A DNA stretch of 64,000 nt from Nitrososphaerota archaeon (GTDB taxonomy: Archaea > Thermoproteota > Nitrososphaeria > Conexivisphaerales > UBA164): assembly GCA_029786595.1 (NCBI GenBank), contig JAFLXO010000003.1, forward strand, positions 4,990 through 68,989, written 5' to 3'. Shown piece after piece: positions 1-9,231 of the stretch; the first letter of the stretch is position 1; each line of letters starts with the position of its first letter. The translations under genes and the position numbers were made by a program. The notes beneath the pieces are model-generated. The model made no database searches. It was not told the origin of the DNA and worked only from the letters and a program-made list of their open reading frames with translations.

Positions 1-379
1 GACCGCTGAACCTGACTGAGCCAGAGTTCTTTATTTCTATGTTGATATCACCTCCTGCGGCAGCCCGGAGTATCTTGTGTACTAACACTATCCTGTCAGC
101 CCGGGTTTCTAATCCTTTGTTTCTGGCCGCCGGCTGTTTTGCGTATTCGGTCAGCCGTCTTACCACCCCAACGGTGTGAAAATGGTACCCTACTTCCAGC
201 AGCCTTAATATCTTCGGGTTTACGTCCCAGACTTCAGTATCCTGGGTCTCGTGGTCTAACTTTGCGTTAGACCAGACAAACCTCATAAAGTTATGCAATC
301 TCGGCCTGGTTATCGACATCTTACACCCGGTCTCTTGGACCGTCAGCTCACCAGATTCTTTGTTTACGGTCAAAATCAT
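1..379 (-). CDS. hypothetical protein, C-terminal part runs off the left edge
   Basis: Hand translation of the minus strand from ATG at 379-377 (MILTVNKESGELTVQETGC...) stays open to position 1. A GGTGA ribosome-binding-like motif lies just upstream. It is absent from the ORF track because no stop falls inside the window. Confidence 0.5.
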   Translation of the reverse strand, partial: MILTVNKESGELTVQETGCKMSITRPRLHNFMRFVWSNAKLDHETQDTEVWDVNPKILRLLEVGYHFHTVGVVRRLTEYAKQPAARNKGLETRADRIVLVHKILRAAAGGDINIEIKNSGSVRFSG

Positions 380-725
380 GTAAGTCACCTCGTTCGAAGT
401 TACGTTAAAGTAGATATGGGATTTATATTATGCTGGGTTAAATCTACTTTTTGTTGCTTTTCAATGTTGCCATTGAAGTATCCCTAGGACTAGATGGCAA
501 GACGCCATCTAATTCCTTTCGGCCTTTTCCTCCAGAACGAGACTGGAGTTATCCAACCAAGTGGTAAGGCCTACCTCTAGGCATGAAGCCTAGAAGCACC
601 AAGGACCGTAGGCCCTCGGTTCATCAGGGGACATCTCGCCTCATAAGGCAAGGGAAACACACCATGTGTGTAAGACCTGCCCAGAGCATGGGCAGATCAC
701 CGTCTGGACGCTGGGATATCCAGCA

Positions 726-1508
726 CTATTTCAGCGCGCTGATAACGTTTAACGGCATCTTCCTTACGATTGCTTCTTTTATACGGTCTATGACTTCAGA
801 GGACGTCTCCCAGACATCACGTCTCTTTGGCGGTCTTAGGATTGTCCCGTCTATTTTCATCGTCCCTTTTTGATGTACGTTAAAGAGGTACTGATAGACG
901 ATGTCGCCTACGGTTTCTTCTAGCACAGACTCCATACCAAATATAGATTTATATGTGATGGTTACCTCGGAGAAATCCAGGTTAAGGTGGCCGCTTTCCA
1001 TCTTCAAGTCTCCAGTGAAAGATGTTTTGTTCTTGGTGTCTGTTGGAGTAATGGTCAGGGAGTATCCGTTTATCTGCTTGTTGAGCACATTATGGTTCCT
1101 CAGGTGCTGAATGTTTCTCAACGCCGTGGTATACACCGTTATGACCCTGTCTATTGCGTTAGGCTTCTGCTCTAGTATTATTTCTTGTCCTGCCAGTATG
1201 AGGAATTCTGACCGCGTCTCATCCGGCTCAGCATGGTTGCCATTGAAGTCTTCTCTTGGACCGTGTCTTAGGAACCTATCGATGCCTTTCAACAAGGCCA
1301 CCTTCTTTATCAGGAGGTCAGAGTCCGGTACAGAGACCCTGTAACGGTAATTAATGTCTGGTATCCTTTTGACATGGTACTTCCTGATGAGGTACCACCC
1401 CAGGGGGGTGTTAAGCAAGTATGGTATGTCTTTTAATGTTTTTACCGCCTTGTCGTCTGGTAAGACCATCATATCGGTTCTTGAAGCGTCTACGAGGAGG
1501 TGTATCAT
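726..1508 (-). CDS. AL-tail paralog family member (subtype A)
   Basis: 260-aa ORF. The core LIRKYHVKRIPD..YRVSVPDSDLLIKKV is shared with neighbour 1767..2540. It ends in the family tail KMPLNVISALK. Confidence 0.7.
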   Translation of the reverse strand: MIHLLVDASRTDMMVLPDDKAVKTLKDIPYLLNTPLGWYLIRKYHVKRIPDINYRYRVSVPDSDLLIKKVALLKGIDRFLRHGPREDFNGNHAEPDETRSEFLILAGQEIILEQKPNAIDRVITVYTTALRNIQHLRNHNVLNKQINGYSLTITPTDTKNKTSFTGDLKMESGHLNLDFSEVTITYKSIFGMESVLEETVGDIVYQYLFNVHQKGTMKIDGTILRPPKRRDVWETSSEVIDRIKEAIVRKMPLNVISALK

Positions 1509-1512
1509 GACA

Positions 1513-1770
1513 CTATTCGTCTCTATCTAACGTCTTTGCCTCAGCTATCAAATTCTCTGGGTTAGTATACTCTTCAACCCGGACATGGCGACCGAGCACT
1601 TCGTCGACCACTGCCCGTACTGTCTTGAACGTCAGCATTTCATTTGAATTAAGCACTGCTGATAGGAGAATCTCTCGGTTTTTATACCACTGCACGACTA
1701 TCACCCTCCATATATTAACTTCGTCAGGAACTGTCAGTGGACGCGGCTTATTAGCCTGCCACCATGTCAT
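1513..1770 (-). CDS. small hypothetical protein (85 aa)
   Basis: Only the distal part (MTWWQANKPRPL...) of track ORF 1513..1995 is free of overlap. The ATG at 1770 forms an ATGA start/stop overlap with the stop of 1767..2540. Confidence 0.5.
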   Translation of the reverse strand: MTWWQANKPRPLTVPDEVNIWRVIVVQWYKNREILLSAVLNSNEMLTFKTVRAVVDEVLGRHVRVEEYTNPENLIAEAKTLDRDE

Positions 1771-2540
1771 TCTAACGCATGCATAACAGCAATAGGCACT
1801 TCTTTGACTATCGCGTCTCTTATCATATCGGCCATATCGAATATCATGCGAATACGGTTGATTGTGGATTTCAATGTTATAAAAGCCCCATCTATCTTTA
1901 TGGTCTGGGGGCGTTCGTCTGAAGGAGTGTTGCTGAAGTTGACATTGTTTATGAACATTTCTCGTACAGCCTCTCCTAACTCTTCTTTCATACAAAATAG
2001 AAACCTGTAGTAGATTTCTGCTTTTGGGAACTCAATGCTGAGATGTCTGCTCTTTACGGCGACGTCTGCTATAAGAGCGAGTTGTCTTTCGGTATTGATC
2101 GGTTTGATGGTAACCGTATATGGGGGTATTCTTCTTATGAGGGTCTTATAGGCTTTCAGCCGTCTGATGTCATCCATCATGGTCTTATAAGCAACAAAAA
2201 CCATGTTTAGCTTTCGTGACCGGTTCGTCATGAACAACTCGTTCGCTATGGAAGTTAGGAATGCCGGGCTTGAGACTTTAAGTTCACCGCCCGTTACGTC
2301 GTTCCTGAGGTATTTGTGAAGGTCTTTCATACAGATTATCTTCTTTGTTAACCGGTCTGATTCAGGTACTGATATTTTAAAGATGCCCTTAGACCCCATA
2401 CCCCTCAGGCGGTATTTCCTTATCAGATAATATATGAATGGGGTGGCAAGTTCTGGTGTTGTAGCCTGTTCTGGTTTCGGGGTGTTATCTGGGTCGGAAA
2501 GGTACACAGCGCCTAAAGACGGATACAGATATAAGTCCAT
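1767..2540 (-). CDS. AL-tail paralog family member (subtype A)
   Basis: 257-aa ORF. The core LIRKYRLRGMG..FKISVPESDRLTKKI is paralogous to 726..1508. Tail is KEVPIAVMHALE. Confidence 0.7.
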   Translation of the reverse strand: MDLYLYPSLGAVYLSDPDNTPKPEQATTPELATPFIYYLIRKYRLRGMGSKGIFKISVPESDRLTKKIICMKDLHKYLRNDVTGGELKVSSPAFLTSIANELFMTNRSRKLNMVFVAYKTMMDDIRRLKAYKTLIRRIPPYTVTIKPINTERQLALIADVAVKSRHLSIEFPKAEIYYRFLFCMKEELGEAVREMFINNVNFSNTPSDERPQTIKIDGAFITLKSTINRIRMIFDMADMIRDAIVKEVPIAVMHALE

Positions 2541-2612
2541 GAGTTGTTCACCTCTTCGTTCAGATAGTTTTTGAAACAGGTTATGCTGCTGTCATGTCAT
2601 GTTTTGAGCGTC

Positions 2613-3515
2613 TTAGGTGGCAGGGTCAGGCGATACTAACCCTGCCAGTTCTAGTGATTTGAACCTGTTCCTGATGGTCACTTCTGTTATTTCAGCCGCT
2701 ACCGCTATGTCCTTCTGAGTGCGCCCGGCCGCGAATTTCAGACATGCGACATATAAGGCGGCCCCCGCTAGGCCCATCGGCGCCTTTCCAGGCTGGATGC
2801 CCGCGTCAGCAGCCCGTTTCAATATGCTGTATGCTTCACGTTTTATAGGTTCTGATAGGTCTGCCTTTGACGCTATCCTCGGAATGTATTCCTGGGGCGG
2901 GGGCACAGGCATCGTTAGGTCCAGGTCTCTTAAGAGCAGCCTGTAGCACCTGCCGATGTCTTTCTTCTTCATCGTGGATACGGCTGCCAGATCCTTCAAT
3001 GTCTTTGGGACTCCCAGACCTCTACAGGCCGCATAAAGGGAAGCTAGGACCATACCGGTTATAGACCGGCCGCGGACCATGTTCTTCTCGAGCGCCTTCC
3101 TGTAGATGTATGCAGCACGCTCCCTGACTGCCTGGGGCACCGTTATTTTTTCAGCATACATCTTCAGCTCTTCCATGGCCTGCTTGAGGTTCCTGTCTTC
3201 TGGCTCCAGCGCCTGGCTCCGTGCGTCCCACATCCTTAGCCGTCTCATTGCCGCCCTGTCCAGGACGCTAGCTCCACCAGCGTCTTTGTCCCGGCTGTCA
3301 ACGGTCGTAGGGAGCCCCATGCCCGGTTTTGTTATTGATATTTCAGGCCCATTCTGAGTCGAAGCTGAGAATTCTTTGACATCATACACTATATGCTCGG
3401 TGGCGCACATACCGCAATTGGAGCAAACTCGTTCGCCTGTTTCACTATCTGTGATTATCGGGCCACCATTGCATTTGGGACATTTTCCACTGTTTAGCTG
3501 ATATTGCCTATTCAT
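2613..3515 (-). CDS. tfb: transcription initiation factor B (TFB/TFIIB homolog)
   Basis: 300-aa ORF with the canonical archaeal TFB layout. It has an N-terminal zinc ribbon (CPKCNGGPIITDSETGERVCSNCG), two cyclin-like repeats and a C-terminal HTH (TQKDIAVAAEITEVTIRNRFKSL). Confidence 0.9.
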   Translation of the reverse strand: MNRQYQLNSGKCPKCNGGPIITDSETGERVCSNCGMCATEHIVYDVKEFSASTQNGPEISITKPGMGLPTTVDSRDKDAGGASVLDRAAMRRLRMWDARSQALEPEDRNLKQAMEELKMYAEKITVPQAVRERAAYIYRKALEKNMVRGRSITGMVLASLYAACRGLGVPKTLKDLAAVSTMKKKDIGRCYRLLLRDLDLTMPVPPPQEYIPRIASKADLSEPIKREAYSILKRAADAGIQPGKAPMGLAGAALYVACLKFAAGRTQKDIAVAAEITEVTIRNRFKSLELAGLVSPDPAT

Positions 3516-3730
3516 TTATGGTCATCTCCTAAACTTCACAATGCTCAACCGTGCATCTTATCAACAGTCTTTTCAAACTTAATCTGCAACAGGAAATGGC
3601 TTCTGATTTATTTAAACGTTTTTGAGTATACCTGGGAAGATGCACCACTATCTCGGTTCTAATAGCTGGATACCGTCTATGGGTGGCTTGGACTGAAGCA
3701 ACGGCCATTTTGAATCGCATACCATAGTCC

Positions 3731-4561
3731 TCAATTTTTGAGGCTTAGTATTGGTGTCAGGGGCATGTCGTGTGCCACAGCCGTGGCTACTGCAGTTCTT
3801 AGGTCGCCGTCATATTTTCTTCGTTGTTTTGGTGTCACCACGACACCCTCAGATTCAAACTTGGCGCCGTGGTTAATCATCATCTTGAAATAATCCTTCC
3901 TGACCACATAATTATCCCAGAAGGGGTCTAGCAGACAGGCCAAGGTCGTATGAGGTGGTGTAAGGAGCTGCCATAGATCTGATGGTGATTTAAGCCTAGC
4001 GTATGTGAACGAACATTTGAACCGTTCTCCTACCACGTTCAAGTCTATGAACCCAAGTTTCATACTCCTGAACCTATGGGGGGTGATGGTGAAGACGATA
4101 GTGTTGACTTTCACTGTGGCTGGCTTGTTCCTGAGTAAAGTTTCTAAGACCATATCATATGTTGTTTTTATATCTAAGATGTGGGTTGTGTCCATTGCCA
4201 GCCCTTCTGGGGTGTTTATGTTTTTGAAGACGATGTTTTTAAGGGTGTCTTGCGTTATCGTCTTGTTCTCTGTTTCACTAACTGGGTCTGTGACCTTTGT
4301 TTCCCAGTCATATTGGGCCAAAGACGAAACCTCGTCCAACTTCCTGACGATTTGATATGTTTTCTCGTCTACCGTGGCCTGGATAAAGATTTCTTCACTA
4401 TTGTACTGGGATGTAGGCTGTTTTCTTACCAGGGTAGTAGGATAGTTTTTCATTAGAAAGGCGGCGATTCCGGTTTTAAGTGATAAATTGTTAGAAAATG
4501 CCCGCCCATCATTGGACAGAGCATACGTTATGTCGCCATCTTCATGTATATAGATATACAT
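3731..4561 (-). CDS. AL-tail paralog family member
   Basis: 276-aa ORF with a GGAGGG motif upstream. Tail is VATAVAHDMPLTPILSLKN. Confidence 0.65.
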   Translation of the reverse strand: MYIYIHEDGDITYALSNDGRAFSNNLSLKTGIAAFLMKNYPTTLVRKQPTSQYNSEEIFIQATVDEKTYQIVRKLDEVSSLAQYDWETKVTDPVSETENKTITQDTLKNIVFKNINTPEGLAMDTTHILDIKTTYDMVLETLLRNKPATVKVNTIVFTITPHRFRSMKLGFIDLNVVGERFKCSFTYARLKSPSDLWQLLTPPHTTLACLLDPFWDNYVVRKDYFKMMINHGAKFESEGVVVTPKQRRKYDGDLRTAVATAVAHDMPLTPILSLKN

Positions 4562-4828
4562 TTTTATCCCTCCAGATATTTAAATACTGGGTTATAGTGA
4601 CATGTGTTTTGACTGGAAAGGTGCTCATCCTACGTAACAATGGGCCGTATGCACCGAAGGCCTATTTGTTATCATGTTGTCCTGGGAGCGGTTGTGGTAT
4701 CATGGTCATAACCCACACCTTGTCATGGTGGAATTACCAAACCATACCGAGAAAGCCTGTGGCTTCAACCACAGGATGGTCCGGCTTGAAGGCTTATGAA
4801 ACCCCGCGTCTTTAAGGGTGGGAGGACG

Positions 4829-5515
4829 TCAGCCCATAGCAACAAATACGGGCAACGGGATCCCGCTTATTATGCATTTTCTTATCGCAGTCCGTGTTTC
4901 GTTTGATATTAGCCCCAGGTATGGTTTCTTGAGTTTTATAGGCATACGGTATTTTATAACTTCACGATAGCCAAAAACCCCTTCTGATGTCTCTATAGCA
5001 ACCGCCTTCAAAAGGTTTGCGCTTATACTTGCAAGGGGGTATTTGACAAACATGATCATATCCATCGGGGTGATGTCTGCCCAACACGTGAAGACTGCGT
5101 TGTTTGTCATCGTTATAGCAGCAATCGTGTGCCCGTTTTCATCATCATAGGGGACGATTTTCACATGGATTTTTTTGACGTCGAACTCCACGGCCTTGTT
5201 TGCCTCAAGCATTTTGAAGTATCCTAGCCCCCTTTCTACAGCAGCCTGTTCCTCAGCTACCTCTTTTTTACTAAGCAGCCCTGCTAGTATACGTTCCATT
5301 TTAACACTCGAGATATATGGTCCAAGTTTCATAATTTCAACAATTTCGTCTGGGACCATCCAAACTTCAGTCTTTGGTTTCAATGTTGTTTTTCTGACGC
5401 ATGTGCCTTCTTTTCCTATCCTGAGAAGGAAGAGGGTGGCACAAGCAGCCTTAGCTGAATAATTCACGTCTTCTGTTTTAAAAGAGATCATCCCATAACT
5501 GAAGTCTATTTCCAT
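4829..5515 (-). CDS. AL-tail paralog family member
   Basis: 228-aa ORF. It has the N-terminal family core (ACATLFLLRIGKEGTCVRK..EVWMVPDEIVEIMKLGPY) and the tail RKCIISGIPLPVFVAMG. Confidence 0.65.
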   Translation of the reverse strand: MEIDFSYGMISFKTEDVNYSAKAACATLFLLRIGKEGTCVRKTTLKPKTEVWMVPDEIVEIMKLGPYISSVKMERILAGLLSKKEVAEEQAAVERGLGYFKMLEANKAVEFDVKKIHVKIVPYDDENGHTIAAITMTNNAVFTCWADITPMDMIMFVKYPLASISANLLKAVAIETSEGVFGYREVIKYRMPIKLKKPYLGLISNETRTAIRKCIISGIPLPVFVAMG

Positions 5516-5593
5516 TCTTTTAATGATCCCACCTCCAAGATTGTCAGTGTCCTACTGTCCGCATGTTTAACATTGACTATACTTCCCTTTAAC

Positions 5594-6349
5594 TTATTTG
5601 AGCGCCATGACCACTTCTATCGAGACGCCAGTGTCTATAGCCTTTAACACAAGAGGGCTGGTTTCATTTGTAAGCGCAATACTACGTGTTTTCATAGGCA
5701 CTTCTAAGGCCACCATGGCTTGCTGCTTGTTATTTGAGGATGTTCCAATAGCGAATAGCATGGTGTCGTTCATAAGGAGAGCGGTGTATAGTGAATTTCT
5801 TATATGAGAACGGACGTTTCTTTTAGGGTCGCTGACGGTTTTGATGACATCGTTGGTGTTTAACTGAATTAAGTATTTGACTGGTGTGGTTAAGTTGGCT
5901 GTTATTGTATAGAGCCTGAACCAACCTAACGGTCGTGGCTGGTTCTCTGTGAGGCGTATCGTGATTTCTGGGTTTTTTGACACCGATACTGTTTTCCCAT
6001 GTGATAATTGGGTTTTAGCTTTTAGCCCACGGTCAATCATTTCTTGTTTTGAAGCGATTTCTGCTAAATCTAAGTTTCCTGACAGCGCCCGTTCAATGGT
6101 TCGGTTATTGACACCATATGACACCATGTTAATTAAGTCTACCACCGGTTTTGGCACCGACCACACCTGGTATCCATGCGTTTTTGTAGATGCCGGCTCG
6201 TTTTTTATAAGTGTTCCATTTTTTGCGATGGCCAGGATTATGCGCGCGGTGAGAGCGCTTCCTGGGGCTACAGTGTTGTTTTTAGTCCTAAATATTGTTT
6301 CATAATCAAGACTTATTGTGACCTTCTCGTTCATTAACCACCACCTCAT
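5594..6349 (-). CDS. AL-tail paralog family member (subtype B)
   Basis: 251-aa ORF. It is clearly alignable with 9232..10038 (ARIILAIAKNGTLIKNEPAS..GYQVWSVP..LINMVSYG..PEITIRL). Tail is KAIDTGVSIEVVMALK. Confidence 0.75.
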   Translation of the reverse strand: MRWWLMNEKVTISLDYETIFRTKNNTVAPGSALTARIILAIAKNGTLIKNEPASTKTHGYQVWSVPKPVVDLINMVSYGVNNRTIERALSGNLDLAEIASKQEMIDRGLKAKTQLSHGKTVSVSKNPEITIRLTENQPRPLGWFRLYTITANLTTPVKYLIQLNTNDVIKTVSDPKRNVRSHIRNSLYTALLMNDTMLFAIGTSSNNKQQAMVALEVPMKTRSIALTNETSPLVLKAIDTGVSIEVVMALK

Positions 6350-6436
6350 TCATGTTAACCCACCGATGTCATCTCTTAACCATAGGATGTTGAGAAAGTC
6401 TGATAGAGCGGATCTGTATTGCTGTTTGGCATCCCT

Positions 6437-7456
6437 TCACTTAAGCGATAACATCACAGTCAGTGGGATATTGTTTGTTATCGCTGTAGCCACGTCGTCC
6501 CAGGTAAGGTCGCCTAGCCGTTCTGTCGAAACGGCGGTTGTCGGGTTTTTGACTTTATAAACCCCTCTCATTAAGGTTGGTAAATCCCGACTGGCCAAAA
6601 AACCTGACTTGAGCAGGCGAGTTATGAAAAACCTAGGATAATGGTTTTTCGATATCTTGATGACCTTTATCGTTGTCCCTTCAAGGGTCAAATAAATGTC
6701 ATAGATGGGGCGGTGTCTGCGCCACTGTCTTGATTTTTTGACCGTTATTGTGATACTTCCAAATCGAGTCTGTGTTGTCATAGTCTTTCCAGAGATGAGC
6801 GCCCGCTCCTTTGCTTTGATTAAACGTTCACGCTCCTTTGCCTTTTCAACCCCTTTAACGCCCAACTCGTATCCATTTGGGGTATCTGGGTCGAACGCTC
6901 TGCATATGCTCCTGGTCTGGAATTTTGTTGCTACCAAGAGTTTAGTCATCGCAGCAGGATTTACGTTTAATTTTAGTGTATTATCTAGGCCTGGAGTAAT
7001 TCCACACAACGTTGATTCCTTTCCAAGAAATGTAAGGAGGTTCATCAACCCTTGGCCCCTTCTCAGCATTACGCCTCCCAGGACGCGGTTGTTATCAACC
7101 AAATCTATGTTTATCCCTATGGGACGACCAACATACAGCGTCGCATTGACAGGTCCTGGCGAGTTCTCCCTCTTTATAACCTGCCTTATAGATTCAAATA
7201 TAATCCTGTTTTTTGCATGTCGCGTCGCTGTAACTAGTTTCTTGCCAATCTCGATGAGCTCTGGATCGGTGGTTTCGAAGACGTTCTTCTTGACCCGTGT
7301 TCCGAGTTTCGCTACTAAATATAACAGGGCCAACCCGCTCTTGGTGCCAACGGCTACCCAGCCACCAGTGTCAGGGAATACGATTTTCATTGAGTTAAAC
7401 CATCCTGGCTTTAGATATATCTCGATTGTGGTCTTTAGCATTGTCTCACCTATCAA
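6437..7456 (-). CDS. AL-tail paralog family member (subtype C)
   Basis: 339-aa ORF alignable along its length with 11178..12191 (GWVAVG..GTRVKKNVFETTDPELIEIGKKLVTA..ICRAFDPD..KAKERERLI). Tail is ATAITNNIPLTVMLSLK. Confidence 0.75.
   Translation of the reverse strand: MIGETMLKTTIEIYLKPGWFNSMKIVFPDTGGWVAVGTKSGLALLYLVAKLGTRVKKNVFETTDPELIEIGKKLVTATRHAKNRIIFESIRQVIKRENSPGPVNATLYVGRPIGINIDLVDNNRVLGGVMLRRGQGLMNLLTFLGKESTLCGITPGLDNTLKLNVNPAAMTKLLVATKFQTRSICRAFDPDTPNGYELGVKGVEKAKERERLIKAKERALISGKTMTTQTRFGSITITVKKSRQWRRHRPIYDIYLTLEGTTIKVIKISKNHYPRFFITRLLKSGFLASRDLPTLMRGVYKVKNPTTAVSTERLGDLTWDDVATAITNNIPLTVMLSLK
7226..7305. repeat. 80-nt tract about 90 percent identical to 11970..12049
   Basis: Hand alignment gives 72/80 identical bases, including exact runs cgctgtaactagtttcttgcca and tcgaagacgttcttcttgacccg. 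It lies in the N-terminal coding part of the subtype C paralogs. Confidence 0.8.
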
Positions 7457-7590
7457 CTGAATGCGCGTTCATCGTCTAACGGGAATCATTGTTGGCCCAT
7501 TTATATCATTGGTGCTCTCGTCTGCACATTAGTGGTTGCATAACTGAGAGAGAAGAATCTTAGCAGGTTCCTTTATCGTATAACGCCCGT

Positions 7591-8373
7591 CTACCGTTGC
7601 AGACTTTCGACGACACCAATGTCGACATCATATTTGATGGCCGTGTAGACCGTTTTCCCAAACTCCGGGGTCCATAGAGGGAGGGCGTTGAACGACTTGC
7701 TACTGATTTTGACCACCTTTGCCCCATCGAATACCGAGTTTGGGGTGAAGGTGCTTCTCATCCTCTGAGGACAGGTCGTATAGTATTTTCCATCGAACCT
7801 GATGACGCCGTATTCAAAAATTTTCTTCCTCAACGCCCTGCCGACCCATACCAGGGGGTTGCGCAATATCGTTATGAAAGTCCTCTCAGATGCGTAATCT
7901 GTTTTGAAGGCTACGAAATGCTTGGCGGTCTTGTATGTGACAGTATTGGCCCATTCGTTATCGATTTTTCGGTGCAGCACAAGGACGGCGCCGTTGGGTT
8001 GAGTGACGATAAACGGTTTGGTTTCAGGCTCAGAATGCGCTTCGACGGCTCGTGCAATGATCTCGAGCTCTGCATCGGCGCCTTTCAGGTCTGAAAAGTT
8101 TCCCGAATACAGCGCCGTTTCTATCTTTCTCGGGAAACGGGTGCTATGGCACGCCAGATTTATCATTTTCAAGAGGCTTGTTGGTATTTTCCAGGTCTGC
8201 ATCCGGTGTTTGGAGGTGTTGGTCTCATACGTTCTAACGCACTTCCCCATCGAACCTATCCAGAGGAGTATCTGGGCGTTTAACACCGATGTTACCGGAT
8301 ACCACCGCCTGCCTTTGACCACAAAACTTGGCGACCCATTAAAATCGATGCTTATGATTGCGGTATCTGTCAT
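7591..8373 (-). CDS. AL-tail paralog family member (subtype D)
   Basis: 260-aa ORF and tandem paralog of 8376..9149 (NAQILLWIGSMGKCVRT..MQTWKIPTSLLKMINL). Tail is TAIKYDVDIGVVESLQR. Confidence 0.7.
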   Translation of the reverse strand: MTDTAIISIDFNGSPSFVVKGRRWYPVTSVLNAQILLWIGSMGKCVRTYETNTSKHRMQTWKIPTSLLKMINLACHSTRFPRKIETALYSGNFSDLKGADAELEIIARAVEAHSEPETKPFIVTQPNGAVLVLHRKIDNEWANTVTYKTAKHFVAFKTDYASERTFITILRNPLVWVGRALRKKIFEYGVIRFDGKYYTTCPQRMRSTFTPNSVFDGAKVVKISSKSFNALPLWTPEFGKTVYTAIKYDVDIGVVESLQR

Positions 8374-8375
8374 TT

Positions 8376-9149
8376 TTAATCACCTCTGGTTTGGAGGGCT
8401 AACGCCGCAGTAAGGGGCAGATCGTCTTCAATAGCCCTGATTAGCCCGTTGATCGCGTCTATATCGAAATTTCTGGCCGTTATTTTGCCGTATTTAACGG
8501 CCCCGTCCAGGTAGTACACGCCTGTTTCATCAATCGTGTTTTGGCAGTATCGTATCCCGTCAAGGTCGAAACATGAAGGATGGAACGGGTTGTAATACAA
8601 TACGTCCTTGATAAAACCGAGTGGGGTGTTGACCATTTTTAAGAAAACGGTCTCGTCAAATATAGATGTAAGGAGGTCTAGTTTGACATGCCTCGTCTGA
8701 CACGTCAAGACGTCTATTGGCCTTTTTTGCGGTCTGAAGTTGAAATCTCGGTGCACTGTTATCATGCCGTGTGGAAAGGGTATGAGCACCTGCGCTGCCC
8801 CGGAACATAACTTTGCATATTCGTCGAGGTTGCCCTTCAGTGCCGCTATTTCTTGCTCAAGATAAGGATTCAGGATCAATTCTGCCCCAACAACGCTCTT
8901 TTTGATGGAATTTTGGTAGTCGAACGTTTTGGGGCCGTACCCTGCCAGAAGTATGAAGTCTGCCACCTCGGGAGGGACCTTCCATCGCTGGTGTGCGTTC
9001 TCATGTTCAGCGCTGACGAAGACCCCATGACGGCCAATGAGCAACATCACCAATGCTTTTAGGACCGGGGCCAGATACAACTCATGCTGCCTGACATTGA
9101 ACGAGTAGTGCTGGCTTGGTTTGACCATTATTTCTTCCATTTGTTTCAC
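8376..9149 (-). CDS. AL-tail paralog family member (subtype D)
   Basis: 257-aa ORF (LKALVMLLIGRHGVFVS..QRWKVPPEVADFILLAGYG). Tail is IRAIEDDLPLTAALALQTRGD. Confidence 0.7.
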   Translation of the reverse strand: MKQMEEIMVKPSQHYSFNVRQHELYLAPVLKALVMLLIGRHGVFVSAEHENAHQRWKVPPEVADFILLAGYGPKTFDYQNSIKKSVVGAELILNPYLEQEIAALKGNLDEYAKLCSGAAQVLIPFPHGMITVHRDFNFRPQKRPIDVLTCQTRHVKLDLLTSIFDETVFLKMVNTPLGFIKDVLYYNPFHPSCFDLDGIRYCQNTIDETGVYYLDGAVKYGKITARNFDIDAINGLIRAIEDDLPLTAALALQTRGD

Positions 9150-9231
9150 CTACAATATCTTAGGAGGCCTTTTTGACCTGCAATTGTGAATTTGTCAGTT
9201 CACACTGCGTTGTAGCCGTCAAAGGGCACGG

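Noticed and set aside
1513-1995. 160-aa version of this ORF
   Set aside because: Its N-terminal 75 codons overlap the 3' end of 1767..2540 in another frame and are Arg/Cys/His-rich. An ATGA-coupled start at 1770 is far more plausible.
3529-3720. 63-aa minus-strand ORF upstream of tfb
   Set aside because: It is very basic, has no ribosome-binding motif or paralog, and occupies the likely promoter/leader region of tfb.
6705-7460. Long plus-strand ORFs. This one is an example; others are 11254..11799, 13893..14420, 27442..27924, 46973..47560, 50305..50895, 53003..53503 and 59897..60394.
   Set aside because: Each lies completely antisense to a longer minus-strand ORF that has paralogs or recognisable motifs. 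Their products are low-complexity, Ser/Leu/Phe-rich shadow translations.
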